NCBI GenBank assembly: GCA_963780225.1
Contig: CAWAAX010000012.1
Location: 1 to 24,074, forward strand
Source of the DNA: an uncultured bacterium
Lineage (GTDB): Bacteria > Edwardsbacteria > AC1 > EtOH8
Reading direction: 5' to 3'
Length of the DNA stretch: 24,074 bases
Every line of letters starts with the position of its first letter. Within the stretch, counting starts at the first letter, position 1. Position numbers and translations under genes: made by a program. Positions 1 through 8,555 of the stretch are shown in pieces. Below the pieces are notes generated by a model that was not told the DNA's origin, ran no database searches, and saw nothing but the letters and a program-made list of their open reading frames with translations.

Positions 1-27
1 CCCGGCTTTGGCGATGGAAATGATTCT

Positions 28-3000
28 TTAGATATTATTCACTTTTACCATATTGTCCTCCCGGTCGCGGTCTATCAATATCAGGTAAGGATCTATCCCG
101 GCCTTGGCCGGCTTCCCGTCCACCGTGATCTGGAAGGTAGCCGGGCTGGCGGTAATTTTGTGTTTTCGCAGATAAAGCTCTTCGCCCTTTTCACCCAGAA
201 CCCCAAGGTAGATGTAATCGTTGACGGGGATCCCGGTCTGGTTGCCGATGCTGTCGGCCCGGAATTTATTGGATTCAACGGTCAGCGTTACGGCATACCG
301 GCCATCCCCGGTCTTCCGGCTTTCTGCCGAAACGGCCTTGTTCTCGTAGATGGTGATGGTCTGGAACAGGTCTTCTATCAGGTATTGCAGGCTGTCCGGG
401 GTCACGGCCCGGAACTCGTTGACCAGGTCCCGGGAGGTGGCGAAACTGTCGCTGCGGAATCCGAACCTTTTGACGATGTTTCCCAAAGCCTGGTTGACCT
501 TATCCTCCCCGATGTAATCCTGCAAAGCATACAGGGCCAGGCCGCCTTTCTGGTAGGCCAGATAACTCTGCCCATCAAGGCTGCGCAGCAGGGGGCGCTC
601 CCCCTTGGTGTCCCGCTTGCGCCCCCGCAGGTAGATCTCCATTTCCTGTTTGCGGAAGTCCCTGGACATTTTTACTCCATATTCCTTTTCCAGGCACATG
701 GTCCAGACATACTGGCAGATGTTCTCGGTGGGCAGATTGACCCCCTCGGCATAGGCCGGGCAGACGATGTAGGCCCACCATTGATGGCCCAACTCATGGG
801 CGGCGATCCCGAACACCCGGTCGGCCCGGTCCGGCTTGTCCAGGTTGCTTACAAACCCGGCGCTCTCCCGCCAGATGAAGACGGTGGGCTGGGACCGGGC
901 CCCGCCCTCTTCCATGTAATCAGGGATCTCCACTATCCGCTGGACCTGGTAGGGATAGGGTGAGAAGGCGCTGTTGGCCAGGTCCAGCCCGCTCTTGACG
1001 CCTTTGATCATCCGCTGCACATTGTAGGGATGTTTCTGGTCGTAGTAGATCTCGATGGCCACCCCGGCATGGGTGTCCCTGGCCGCCTGATAACGGCCGG
1101 AGGCGAAGATGAACTCGTCGTGGATGGGAATGTCCGACCGGTAATGGAAATGATTGCGCCCCTTATCCTGCCATTGCCGCACCAGATCCCCGTTGGAGAC
1201 CACGGTCTGATCCCCGCTGGTGGAGATCTCGGCCTGGAAGGTCACCAGGCGGTTGTAGCTGTATGGTACGGCGGGATCGCATTCTTCCAGGGTGGGCAGC
1301 GGGCTCTTCTCCGGCAGGCCGTACTTGTTCCGGTCGTAGCGGTCGGTCAGCATCAGCTCCTTGTTGAATCCGATGCCGGGGAAATATTTGGTGTTGCCCC
1401 CGGCCCCGGAGAAGATGATGCAGCTGCCGTTGGCGGCGATCTCGTCCTTGGGATTGTTGTCGGTGAAGCCCGGGGCCTCGGCCTCCAGGTCAAAGTCCAG
1501 CCTGATGCTGTCTCCGGGCTTCAAGGGTTGTTGGAGCCTGAATATCCGGAACCCGAACTCTTCTGGCCCCAGGGCAAGTTGGGCCGGATGGTCGAACTCC
1601 AGCCGGTTGATTTTGGTGACCAGCCTGTCGGACAGGTTGAGGTAGATCTCGGGGATGACGCTTTGGGTCTGGTTGACCATCAGATAGCTGCCCTTTAACA
1701 GGACCTTCCGTTGCTCCGGGAACAACTCTATCTTCAGCTTGACGTCACGGGTGTCCGGCTGAGGGTCGTTCCGGTATTTTCCGAATTTCTGTTCATAAAC
1801 AGCCTGCACCTGCTTCTGGCCGTCCTGGGACCGGTATTTGTTCAGGATGTGCCGGTTGTAGTAAATGTAGCCTCCGGTGGTTAGGAACAGCAGAGTCAGG
1901 CTGATCAGGGAAACGGTCTGCAGCGGCCTGATCTTCTGGCCGGCCTGGCGGAAGCGGTGTCTTAAGGAAACCTCGTTGCCGTGGCGCCACAAAAGGGAGG
2001 AGGCCAGCACCAGCAGCAGGGCCAAAAGCAGCCAGTAAAAGCTGTACCACAGTATCATCGGGCCGTAGTGCCCGTAGCCGTTGAGGTTGGAGTAGATGTA
2101 TTTTGGGATGTGCCCGTAGCGGAGCAGGGGGGAGGCGGATTTTACCACTTCGTACAATAAGATATCTCCCAGGAACCAGGCGGTGGAGATAAAAAATCCC
2201 ACATACTTGTTGGGCGAAAGGTTCTGGATGAAAATCACCAGCACCGCCATGAAGGCGAATTTCATGAACTCTATTCCAAAAAGGCCCTTCAGGTATAGCA
2301 TCGGCTCGATGTCCGTGAACCCGATAATGCCCGCCTGAACAATGATGCCGATCAGCATGGCCATCAGCACGTAGCAGAACTGGATCGAGACCAGGGCCGA
2401 AAGTTTTGAGGAGAAGCTTACCCAGTGGGGCACCGGCATGGTGTCGTGGAACTCGTGGGACCGGTTGTCCCGCTCCCGCCAGACTATCAGCCCCCCGAAC
2501 AGGATGGTGATGGGTATCATGTAGATCCAGATATGGCTGGTGTATTGCAGAAAGAAGGAGGTGAAGGGATAGACCTCGTAGTTGGCCTCGTTGACGTTGG
2601 CCAGGAAATTGGTGAAGATCTCGCCCATGGCCATGAAGGTCAGGATGATGAAGGCCGGGTGGAGGGCTATCCGCCGGAATTCCCGGCCCGCCAGGTCCAG
2701 GAATTGGGCCCAGCGGCAGGCCGGGGAATATTCGGGGATCGATGGCGTCAGGGTTTCCAGGGTCTGCACCTCGCTGGGGCCGTGCCCAGCTTCCACCGGC
2801 TGCCCGGCCCGCTTCTTGTTCTCCAGCACGGACACGAATTTGAATTTTCTCCAGGTGAAATACAACACAGCCCCGGCCACTGCCAGCCAGAGAAAACGGT
2901 TCAATAGCAGGCGGGGATCCAGGGGCATGGGATTGGCATTCATCTCGGCCACGGTCCAGTATTTGGTCAGGGTGCTTAGTCCCGAGATGCCGAAGGGATC

Positions 3001-3627
3001 GGCCAGTATCCGAAGCAGATCGTTGTTGATCTTCAGGAAGGCGATGGAACTGAGCACATAGGCCAAAAAGAAAACCACCCCGGCCACATAGGTGTTGATC
3101 ATCTTGCGGGTCAGGCTGGCCAGGGAAAAGAACACGCTCCCGGTCAGCAACAGATTGGGCAGGACGATCACCAGCAGCGGCAAAATAAAGGACCAGATAC
3201 TGAAAGGGCCCCAATACCCGGGAGGGAGTTTTAACCCGGCGATCAGCATCCCCATCAGTATCCCGCCGAAGATCAGAAAATTGGCGGTCAGGGCGCCCAG
3301 GAACCTGCCGCCCAGGTACTGGGCCTTATTTAACGGGGTGGTGAAGAAAAAGTCATGGATCCCCGCGCTGAAATCCCGGGCCACGGCCCGGCCCGCCATG
3401 ATCATGGTGAACAGCACCCCCACCAAAGTATAGCTGGCCAGCAGCCTGGCGATGACTATCGGGGCGTTGTGCCATTCCTTGCCGAAGGAGATGTACAGAA
3501 AAGTGACGCCCGGCCTGGTCCCGGACAGGAAGATGAAGGTCCCGAAAGCCAGCAGTCCGGCGAAGATATAGAAGGCCGGGCTTTTAAGCTGGTCCTTCAG
3601 CTCTTTTAGATAGATCGTTTTGAACAT
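28..3627 (-). CDS. ABC-2 type transporter permease fused to C-terminal M1-family (gluzincin) zinc aminopeptidase domain, 1199 aa
   Basis: N-terminal ~590 aa form two tandem hydrophobic ABC-2 permease halves (RDFSAGIHDFFFTTP...YLGGRF and RERDNRSHEFHDTMP...SKL). Soluble C-terminal part has HELGHQWW-x16-E, YQKG and the terminal AGIDPYLILIDR motif. Lies 9 nt downstream of an ABC ATPase. Confidence 0.92.
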   Translation of the reverse strand: MFKTIYLKELKDQLKSPAFYIFAGLLAFGTFIFLSGTRPGVTFLYISFGKEWHNAPIVIARLLASYTLVGVLFTMIMAGRAVARDFSAGIHDFFFTTPLNKAQYLGGRFLGALTANFLIFGGILMGMLIAGLKLPPGYWGPFSIWSFILPLLVIVLPNLLLTGSVFFSLASLTRKMINTYVAGVVFFLAYVLSSIAFLKINNDLLRILADPFGISGLSTLTKYWTVAEMNANPMPLDPRLLLNRFLWLAVAGAVLYFTWRKFKFVSVLENKKRAGQPVEAGHGPSEVQTLETLTPSIPEYSPACRWAQFLDLAGREFRRIALHPAFIILTFMAMGEIFTNFLANVNEANYEVYPFTSFFLQYTSHIWIYMIPITILFGGLIVWRERDNRSHEFHDTMPVPHWVSFSSKLSALVSIQFCYVLMAMLIGIIVQAGIIGFTDIEPMLYLKGLFGIEFMKFAFMAVLVIFIQNLSPNKYVGFFISTAWFLGDILLYEVVKSASPLLRYGHIPKYIYSNLNGYGHYGPMILWYSFYWLLLALLLVLASSLLWRHGNEVSLRHRFRQAGQKIRPLQTVSLISLTLLFLTTGGYIYYNRHILNKYRSQDGQKQVQAVYEQKFGKYRNDPQPDTRDVKLKIELFPEQRKVLLKGSYLMVNQTQSVIPEIYLNLSDRLVTKINRLEFDHPAQLALGPEEFGFRIFRLQQPLKPGDSIRLDFDLEAEAPGFTDNNPKDEIAANGSCIIFSGAGGNTKYFPGIGFNKELMLTDRYDRNKYGLPEKSPLPTLEECDPAVPYSYNRLVTFQAEISTSGDQTVVSNGDLVRQWQDKGRNHFHYRSDIPIHDEFIFASGRYQAARDTHAGVAIEIYYDQKHPYNVQRMIKGVKSGLDLANSAFSPYPYQVQRIVEIPDYMEEGGARSQPTVFIWRESAGFVSNLDKPDRADRVFGIAAHELGHQWWAYIVCPAYAEGVNLPTENICQYVWTMCLEKEYGVKMSRDFRKQEMEIYLRGRKRDTKGERPLLRSLDGQSYLAYQKGGLALYALQDYIGEDKVNQALGNIVKRFGFRSDSFATSRDLVNEFRAVTPDSLQYLIEDLFQTITIYENKAVSAESRKTGDGRYAVTLTVESNKFRADSIGNQTGIPVNDYIYLGVLGEKGEELYLRKHKITASPATFQITVDGKPAKAGIDPYLILIDRDREDNMVKVNNI

Positions 3628-3636
3628 GGCGGCCGC

Positions 3637-4503
3637 CTATCTCTTAAGGTTTTGAAAATAGACGTCCTCCAAGGTGGCCGGCCGGGGGGCGAACCCGTCC
3701 CCGGGATCATTGGGGTGGTGGACCCTGATGAATGTCTTTCCGGCGAACAATCGGGAGGAGAGCAGGCGGTATTTTGCCTGGTATTGGGGAATTTCGGGCT
3801 TGGGGATCTCCTTCTCCCAGACCTTTCCTTCCAGGGACCGGATGGCCTCCATGGTTTTGGCCTGAAGCACGATGCTCCCCTGGTCGATGATGGCCAGGTT
3901 GGGGCAGAGGTCAGACACGTCGTCCACGATATGGGTGGAGAGGATCACCACTTTGTCCTGCCCGATCTCGCTTAAAAGATTGTGGAAACGCACCCGCTCG
4001 GCCGGATCCAGTCCGGCGGTGGGCTCGTCCACTATTATCAACTGGGGATCGCCCAGCAGCACCAAAGCGATGCCGAAACGCTGTTTCATGCCCCCGGAAA
4101 ATGTCCCCAGCTTCTGTTTCCGCTGTTCCCAAAGGTTCACCCGCTTCAAAAGCTCCTCCACCTTAAGCTTCCGGGCCTTCTTGTCCCTGATCCCCTTGAG
4201 CAGGGTGAAATGATCCAGCAGAGATCCGGCGCTTTCCTTGGGATAAAAGTCAAAGCTCTGGGGAAGATAGCCCAGCACCTTCTTCACCGCCATCTTATCC
4301 TGGAGCACATTGACCTCTCCAAAGGAGATCTCCCCGGAGTCGGGCTCCTGAAGGGTGGCGATGGTCCGCATCAAGGTGGTCTTGCCGGCGCCGTTGGGGC
4401 CCAGCAGGCCGAACATCCCGGTGGGCACTTCCAGCGACACGCCATTCAGGGCTGCCACCCCGTTGGAGTATTTTTTGGACAGATTGCTGATGGAAAGGTT
4501 CAT
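3637..4503 (-). CDS. ABC transporter ATP-binding protein (ABC-2/CcmA-like), 288 aa
   Basis: Walker A GPNGAGKT, signature FSGGMKQR, Walker B IIVDEPTAGLD, H-loop STH, C-terminal TLEDVY. SD AGGAG upstream. Confidence 0.96.
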   Translation of the reverse strand: MNLSISNLSKKYSNGVAALNGVSLEVPTGMFGLLGPNGAGKTTLMRTIATLQEPDSGEISFGEVNVLQDKMAVKKVLGYLPQSFDFYPKESAGSLLDHFTLLKGIRDKKARKLKVEELLKRVNLWEQRKQKLGTFSGGMKQRFGIALVLLGDPQLIIVDEPTAGLDPAERVRFHNLLSEIGQDKVVILSTHIVDDVSDLCPNLAIIDQGSIVLQAKTMEAIRSLEGKVWEKEIPKPEIPQYQAKYRLLSSRLFAGKTFIRVHHPNDPGDGFAPRPATLEDVYFQNLKR

Positions 4504-4565
4504 CGGTGGATCTCCTAAATTTCAGGTGGCTGTTTTTGGGCAACTTCATCGGTATCAACAAGTAC

Positions 4566-4591
4566 TACGAAAATGGTTGTAAAATGTTTCC
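4566..4591 (-). promoter_or_regulatory. Putative ECF sigma factor promoter (SigW-like) for the ABC ATPase/permease-peptidase operon
   Basis: Minus strand reads GGAAAC-attttacaaccatttt(16 nt)-CGTA, matching the TGAAAC-N16-CGTA SigW-type pattern, ~60 nt upstream of the ATG at 4503. Confidence 0.5.
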
Positions 4592-4601
4592 TTTATCCGG
4601 A

Positions 4602-4641
4602 ATAACAATGCCCGAATGAAAGATCATTCGGGCATTGTTAT
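4602..4641 (-). terminator. Perfect 18-bp hairpin, probable terminator downstream of the CPBP gene
   Basis: ATAACAATGCCCGAATGA-aaga-TCATTCGGGCATTGTTAT, 14 nt past the CPBP stop codon. The U-tract is weak. Confidence 0.65.
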
Positions 4642-4655
4642 AATTAAATATTGTC

Positions 4656-5375
4656 TTATTTGCCGTAATAGATAATGAACCCCAAAACCAAAGCCACCAC
4701 ATCAAATACCGCATGGGCCGTGACAGCCTCCATGGCATTTCTCTTCCGCAGGTAGACCAGGCCGTCAAGGAACCCGATGATGGCGGTGGAAATTATTCCG
4801 GAGGTCCCCTGATAGGCATGCCCCAGGCCGAACATCAGCGAGAAGAATATCAGGGCAAAGATCAGGCCCGGTTTCCGGAAAGCTTTTTCGAACCGGGTCA
4901 GGACGAATATCCGCCAGAGCTCCTCCAAGAACCCGCCCTTGAAAATGCCCAGGAACAACAGGATCGGGAAATAATACAACCTGCTGAACAGGTACTTTAT
5001 GTTTTCCCCTTCGGCGGCGGGCAGCAGGGAATCCAGCACCGGGCTGATCAGAAGGGTATCCAGGGCAAAGATGCCGATCCCGAACAAGGCGCCGATGGCT
5101 ATCTGCTTGCCCAATTTGTTTCCATTGAATCCCAGGGAACCGAAACTCTCATTGGCCAGCTTGAGCAGATACCAGACCAGCAGGAAGGTGAAAACCCCCA
5201 CTACCAAAATGTACAGCGAAGCCTGTGGCAGGTTCTCGCTCAATTTGGGCATAAGACCCAGTTGTTCGGCCAGCGAAGGTTTGGCGGAGATATAATTGAA
5301 TAATTTTTGGATCCATCCCAGGGAGATTATGCCCAGGGACAGATAGACCGCATTTTTGACCGTAATTTTGCTCAT
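4656..5375 (-). CDS. CPBP family (Abi/CAAX type II) intramembrane glutamic protease, 239 aa
   Basis: Multi-TM protein with EELWR, FGLGHAYQG and AHAVFD motifs. Confidence 0.9.
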   Translation of the reverse strand: MSKITVKNAVYLSLGIISLGWIQKLFNYISAKPSLAEQLGLMPKLSENLPQASLYILVVGVFTFLLVWYLLKLANESFGSLGFNGNKLGKQIAIGALFGIGIFALDTLLISPVLDSLLPAAEGENIKYLFSRLYYFPILLFLGIFKGGFLEELWRIFVLTRFEKAFRKPGLIFALIFFSLMFGLGHAYQGTSGIISTAIIGFLDGLVYLRKRNAMEAVTAHAVFDVVALVLGFIIYYGK

Positions 5376-5451
5376 ATGGCCCCCATAGTTTTCAATTAAG
5401 GGTGGTGATCATATAACCATATCAAATTACGCCAGCCGGACAGTTAATGTT

Positions 5452-5919
5452 TCACCGGTCAGGGCTTATTCTGTCCTGGAGGTTACTGATCAGCGCTCGG
5501 TATTCCTCCCGGGAAAGCAGAACTTCCCGTTCGTTCTGGTTGATGGGCTGGCCGGGGTCGTCGTCAAAGAACCGGGGGAACAGGTGGCAGTGAACATGGG
5601 GCATGATGTTTCCCCAGATGCAGTAATTGATCTTGGCCGGGCGGTAGATGTCATTCAGCGCTTTGGCCGTCAGGGAAACTTCATCCCAGAACCCCGCCCG
5701 CTCTTCAGTCTCCAGTTCAAAAAGCTCGGTGGCGTGTCGCTTTAAGACCAGGGTGGTCCAGCCTGGCATATGCTGGTTCTTGTTCAAGCGAACAATGGAG
5801 TGCTTCAGCTCAATCACCTTGTAGCTGTGGGGATTCTCCTCCATCCCGCTTTCAAGGCACATCGGGCAGTTCTGGCCGGATTTCAGCCGGGCCCATTCCC
5901 CGGGAGTTTTCCAATTCAT
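5452..5919 (-). CDS. HIT family nucleotide hydrolase, 155 aa
   Basis: N-terminal CPMC, GWTTLVLKRH, histidine triad GNIMPHVHCHLFPR. Confidence 0.92.
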   Translation of the reverse strand: MNWKTPGEWARLKSGQNCPMCLESGMEENPHSYKVIELKHSIVRLNKNQHMPGWTTLVLKRHATELFELETEERAGFWDEVSLTAKALNDIYRPAKINYCIWGNIMPHVHCHLFPRFFDDDPGQPINQNEREVLLSREEYRALISNLQDRISPDR

Positions 5920-5956
5920 AATATCATGATCCTCTTATATGTGACAATAAGAATTA

Positions 5957-5986
5957 ACTATACAATTAAACGCGGTGGAAAATCAA
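5957..5986 (-). promoter_or_regulatory. Putative sigma70 promoter for the HIT gene
   Basis: TTGATT-N18-TATAGT on the minus strand, ~37 nt upstream of the ATG. Confidence 0.45.
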
Positions 5987-6068
5987 GTCCCGGGTGCCAC
6001 CTGTTTTACTGTATCCAATATCGTTGGTTTTGTGACCGGTGGCAACAAGCGCAAAACCCAAAAACCAC

Positions 6069-6097
6069 TTGACATAAGGCCTTTTTTGGGGTAAATT
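6069..6097 (+). promoter_or_regulatory. Putative sigma70 promoter for the nucleoside kinase gene
   Basis: TTGACA-N17-TAAATT. Confidence 0.65.
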
Positions 6098-6176
6098 AAA
6101 TCAATGAAGTCAAGCCGGACCGCTGGCAGCGGAGCGGCGGGTACTTTGATACTCAGAAAAATATAATGGAAGAAAA

Positions 6177-7838
6177 ATGAATCATAAGCCCATCGAGATC
6201 CAACTGGACGGCCAGCGGGTGCCAGCCAAGGCGGGGGAGCAGGTCCAGGCCATCTTCAAGAAGTACCTGGACAAATCCCCGGCCAAGATCCTGGCCGCCA
6301 AGATGAACCAGCAGCTGGTCAGCCTGGATGCCACCGTACATTCCAACTGCCGGCTGGAGCCGGTGTTCTATTCCGACCGCGAGGGGATAGCCCTTTACCG
6401 CCGGGCCGCCTGCCTGATCCTGTACGAGGCCATCAAGGAACTATATCCTTCGGCCCGGGTGGTGGTGGGGCAGTCGCTGGCCAACGGTTACTATTTTGAT
6501 TTCGGCGGGGAACAGCCGCTGGACGAAGATATTTTGGGCAAGATCGAGGCCCGGATGAGGCTGATCGTTTCCGAGAACCGGCCCTTCGTCAAGGAGACCA
6601 TCTCCATCGAGGAAGCCAAGGAGTATTTCGAGGCCGAGGGCTATTCCGACAAGGCCAAACTGCTGACCACCATCCGCCTGACCGAGGTCCGCCTGGTGGG
6701 CTGCGGGGTGTTCAAGGACATCTACCACGGGCCGGTGGTGCCGGGAGCCGGCCTGATCGACCGCTTTGAGCTGACCGTGTATCCCCCGGGCTTCGTGCTG
6801 CGCTTTCCCCAGCAGCGCAATCCGGGACGGATCCCGGAGATCTCCCCCCAGACCAAGCTTTTCCAGATATACAAGGAGACCAAGGACTGGAACCGGATCC
6901 TGGGGGTCAACAACGTGGGCGAGCTCAACGAATTGTGCCTGTCGGGGCAGATGAGCGAGCTGATAAGGATCGCCGAGGGCTTTCATGAGAAGAAGATAGT
7001 GGAGGTGGCCGACCGGATCACCGCCCAGCGCCAGCGGGTCAAATTAGTGCTGATCGCCGGGCCATCGTCATCGGGCAAGACCACCTTCAGCAAACGGCTA
7101 ATGATCCAGCTCAAGGTCAACGGGCTGCACCCCATCGCCCTGTCCACCGACAACTATTTCCTGGGACGGGAGCAGACCCCGCTGGGCGAGGACGGCAAGC
7201 CGGATTTCGAGTCCTTAAGCGCGGTGGACCTGGAGCTGTTCAACAAACAGATGTCGGAGCTGCTGGCGGGGGAGGAAGTGGCCGCCCCGGTCTACGATTT
7301 CCATACCGGCCAGAGGTCGGACAAGACCGGAAGATTCAAGCTGGGTCCGGACGACATCCTCTTGGTGGAGGGCATCCACGGGCTGAACTCAAAGCTGACC
7401 CGCTCGGTGCCGCCCGAAAGCAAGATCAAGGTCTACATCAGCGCGTTGACCCAGCTTTGCCTGGACAACCACAACCGGATCAACACCTCGGACGTCCGGC
7501 TGATCCGGCGCATCGTGCGGGACCGGCTGTTCCGGGGCTACCGGGCCGACCACACTTTAAAGGTTTGGTCCGCGGTCCAGCGGGGCGAGGAGCGCAACAT
7601 CTTCCCCTTCCAGGAAGAGGCTGATATCATCTTCAACTCCACTTTGATCTACGAGCCGGCCGTGCTGCGGATGTACGCCGAGCGGTTTTTGATGGAAGTG
7701 CCCACCGACGATCCCGCCTTTTACGAGGCTTATAGGCTGCAGAGGTTTTTGCAGATGTTCGTGCCGGTGTTCGCCGACGAGGTGCCGCATACGTCGATAC
7801 TGAGGGAGTTCATAGGGGGAAGTACGTTTGAGTACTAA
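6177..7838 (+). CDS. Nucleoside (uridine kinase/PRK-like) kinase with N-terminal TGS and ThrRS/AlaRS second-additional-domain-like regions, 553 aa
   Basis: ThrRS N-terminal-like region (ILAAKMNQQLVSL, GYYFDF, EAKEYF). P-loop AGPSSSGKTT, DNYF, EGIHGLN, RRIVRD, GEERNIFPFQE, SILREFIGGS. Confidence 0.9.
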   Translation: MNHKPIEIQLDGQRVPAKAGEQVQAIFKKYLDKSPAKILAAKMNQQLVSLDATVHSNCRLEPVFYSDREGIALYRRAACLILYEAIKELYPSARVVVGQSLANGYYFDFGGEQPLDEDILGKIEARMRLIVSENRPFVKETISIEEAKEYFEAEGYSDKAKLLTTIRLTEVRLVGCGVFKDIYHGPVVPGAGLIDRFELTVYPPGFVLRFPQQRNPGRIPEISPQTKLFQIYKETKDWNRILGVNNVGELNELCLSGQMSELIRIAEGFHEKKIVEVADRITAQRQRVKLVLIAGPSSSGKTTFSKRLMIQLKVNGLHPIALSTDNYFLGREQTPLGEDGKPDFESLSAVDLELFNKQMSELLAGEEVAAPVYDFHTGQRSDKTGRFKLGPDDILLVEGIHGLNSKLTRSVPPESKIKVYISALTQLCLDNHNRINTSDVRLIRRIVRDRLFRGYRADHTLKVWSAVQRGEERNIFPFQEEADIIFNSTLIYEPAVLRMYAERFLMEVPTDDPAFYEAYRLQRFLQMFVPVFADEVPHTSILREFIGGSTFEY

Positions 7839-7916
7839 TAAAAGCATCTTGTCATTATTTGGCAAAAGGCTTTTCGTTATCATGAAATGCAATAGACATT
7901 GTTAAAGGATAGTTAA

Positions 7917-8459
7917 ATGAAAAAATTATTGCAAAGTCTATGTATTTGTTTCATAGCAGTTACTGCCATTGGTTGTTTTAAGACAACTAAAACAGTAAAT
8001 GAATATGAGTTGTTAAAAAAATACAATGCTATTATTGATAGTGAATTTAAAGGGTGGCATATTGTAAAACTTGAAGAGCTTCATAAAGATGATATCCTAC
8101 TTTGGAAACGTTATCGCAAACCAAATGAATATCCCGGTATAGCGATAGGTAAATATAATGATAATAGAGTACAGACGGCTTTATTGATTGGGCGAAATAT
8201 TGATAACAAAAAGCAAGCAAAACTATTATTGGTCGAAGATAAAAATATACCAATAAAAATATTATATGCGGATACTACAGGCAACCATTCTTATCCTACA
8301 ATCCATACTCTAACACAAGGAATATATACAGATATTTATGACAAAACCATAAATATTGAAATACAACATGACTGCATTGCCTATGAGCATATCGAAGCGT
8401 CGGTAACCGTTTATTATTATGATAATGGTAAATATAAGAGTTTGTTAATTTCTGATTAA
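7917..8459 (+). CDS. Hypothetical AT-rich lipoprotein, 180 aa
   Basis: Open frame with SD AAGGA. Basic N-terminus, hydrophobic stretch and lipobox-like TAIG-C. GC about 28% in the first 60 nt counted. Confidence 0.75.
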   Translation: MKKLLQSLCICFIAVTAIGCFKTTKTVNEYELLKKYNAIIDSEFKGWHIVKLEELHKDDILLWKRYRKPNEYPGIAIGKYNDNRVQTALLIGRNIDNKKQAKLLLVEDKNIPIKILYADTTGNHSYPTIHTLTQGIYTDIYDKTINIEIQHDCIAYEHIEASVTVYYYDNGKYKSLLISD

Positions 8460-8486
8460 TTTACGTAAAGTAATTGACGTAATACT

Positions 8487-8521
8487 AAAAGCCCTATGCA
8501 ATAATTTGCGCAGGGCTTTTT
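8487..8521. terminator. Bidirectional rho-independent terminator between convergent genes
   Basis: AAAAGCCCTatGCAA-taat-TTGCgcAGGGCTTTTT, with A-tract and T-tract flanks. Confidence 0.8.
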
Positions 8522-8555
8522 ATCTTTTAGAATTTGTTTGTCAAAACAACCCGTT

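Noticed and set aside
5995..6140. Hairpins TGCCACC...GGTGGCA and GCCG-CCGCT/AGCGG-CGGC near the kinase promoter as a riboswitch
   Set aside because: Short stems with no recognisable riboswitch or PyrR consensus and no terminator.
7839..8555. Integron cassette or IS-type origin for the AT-rich gene
   Set aside because: No attC-like RYYYAAC...GTTRRRY structure or terminal inverted repeats. The shared TTGTCA at 7849 and 8538 is too short to call a target duplication.
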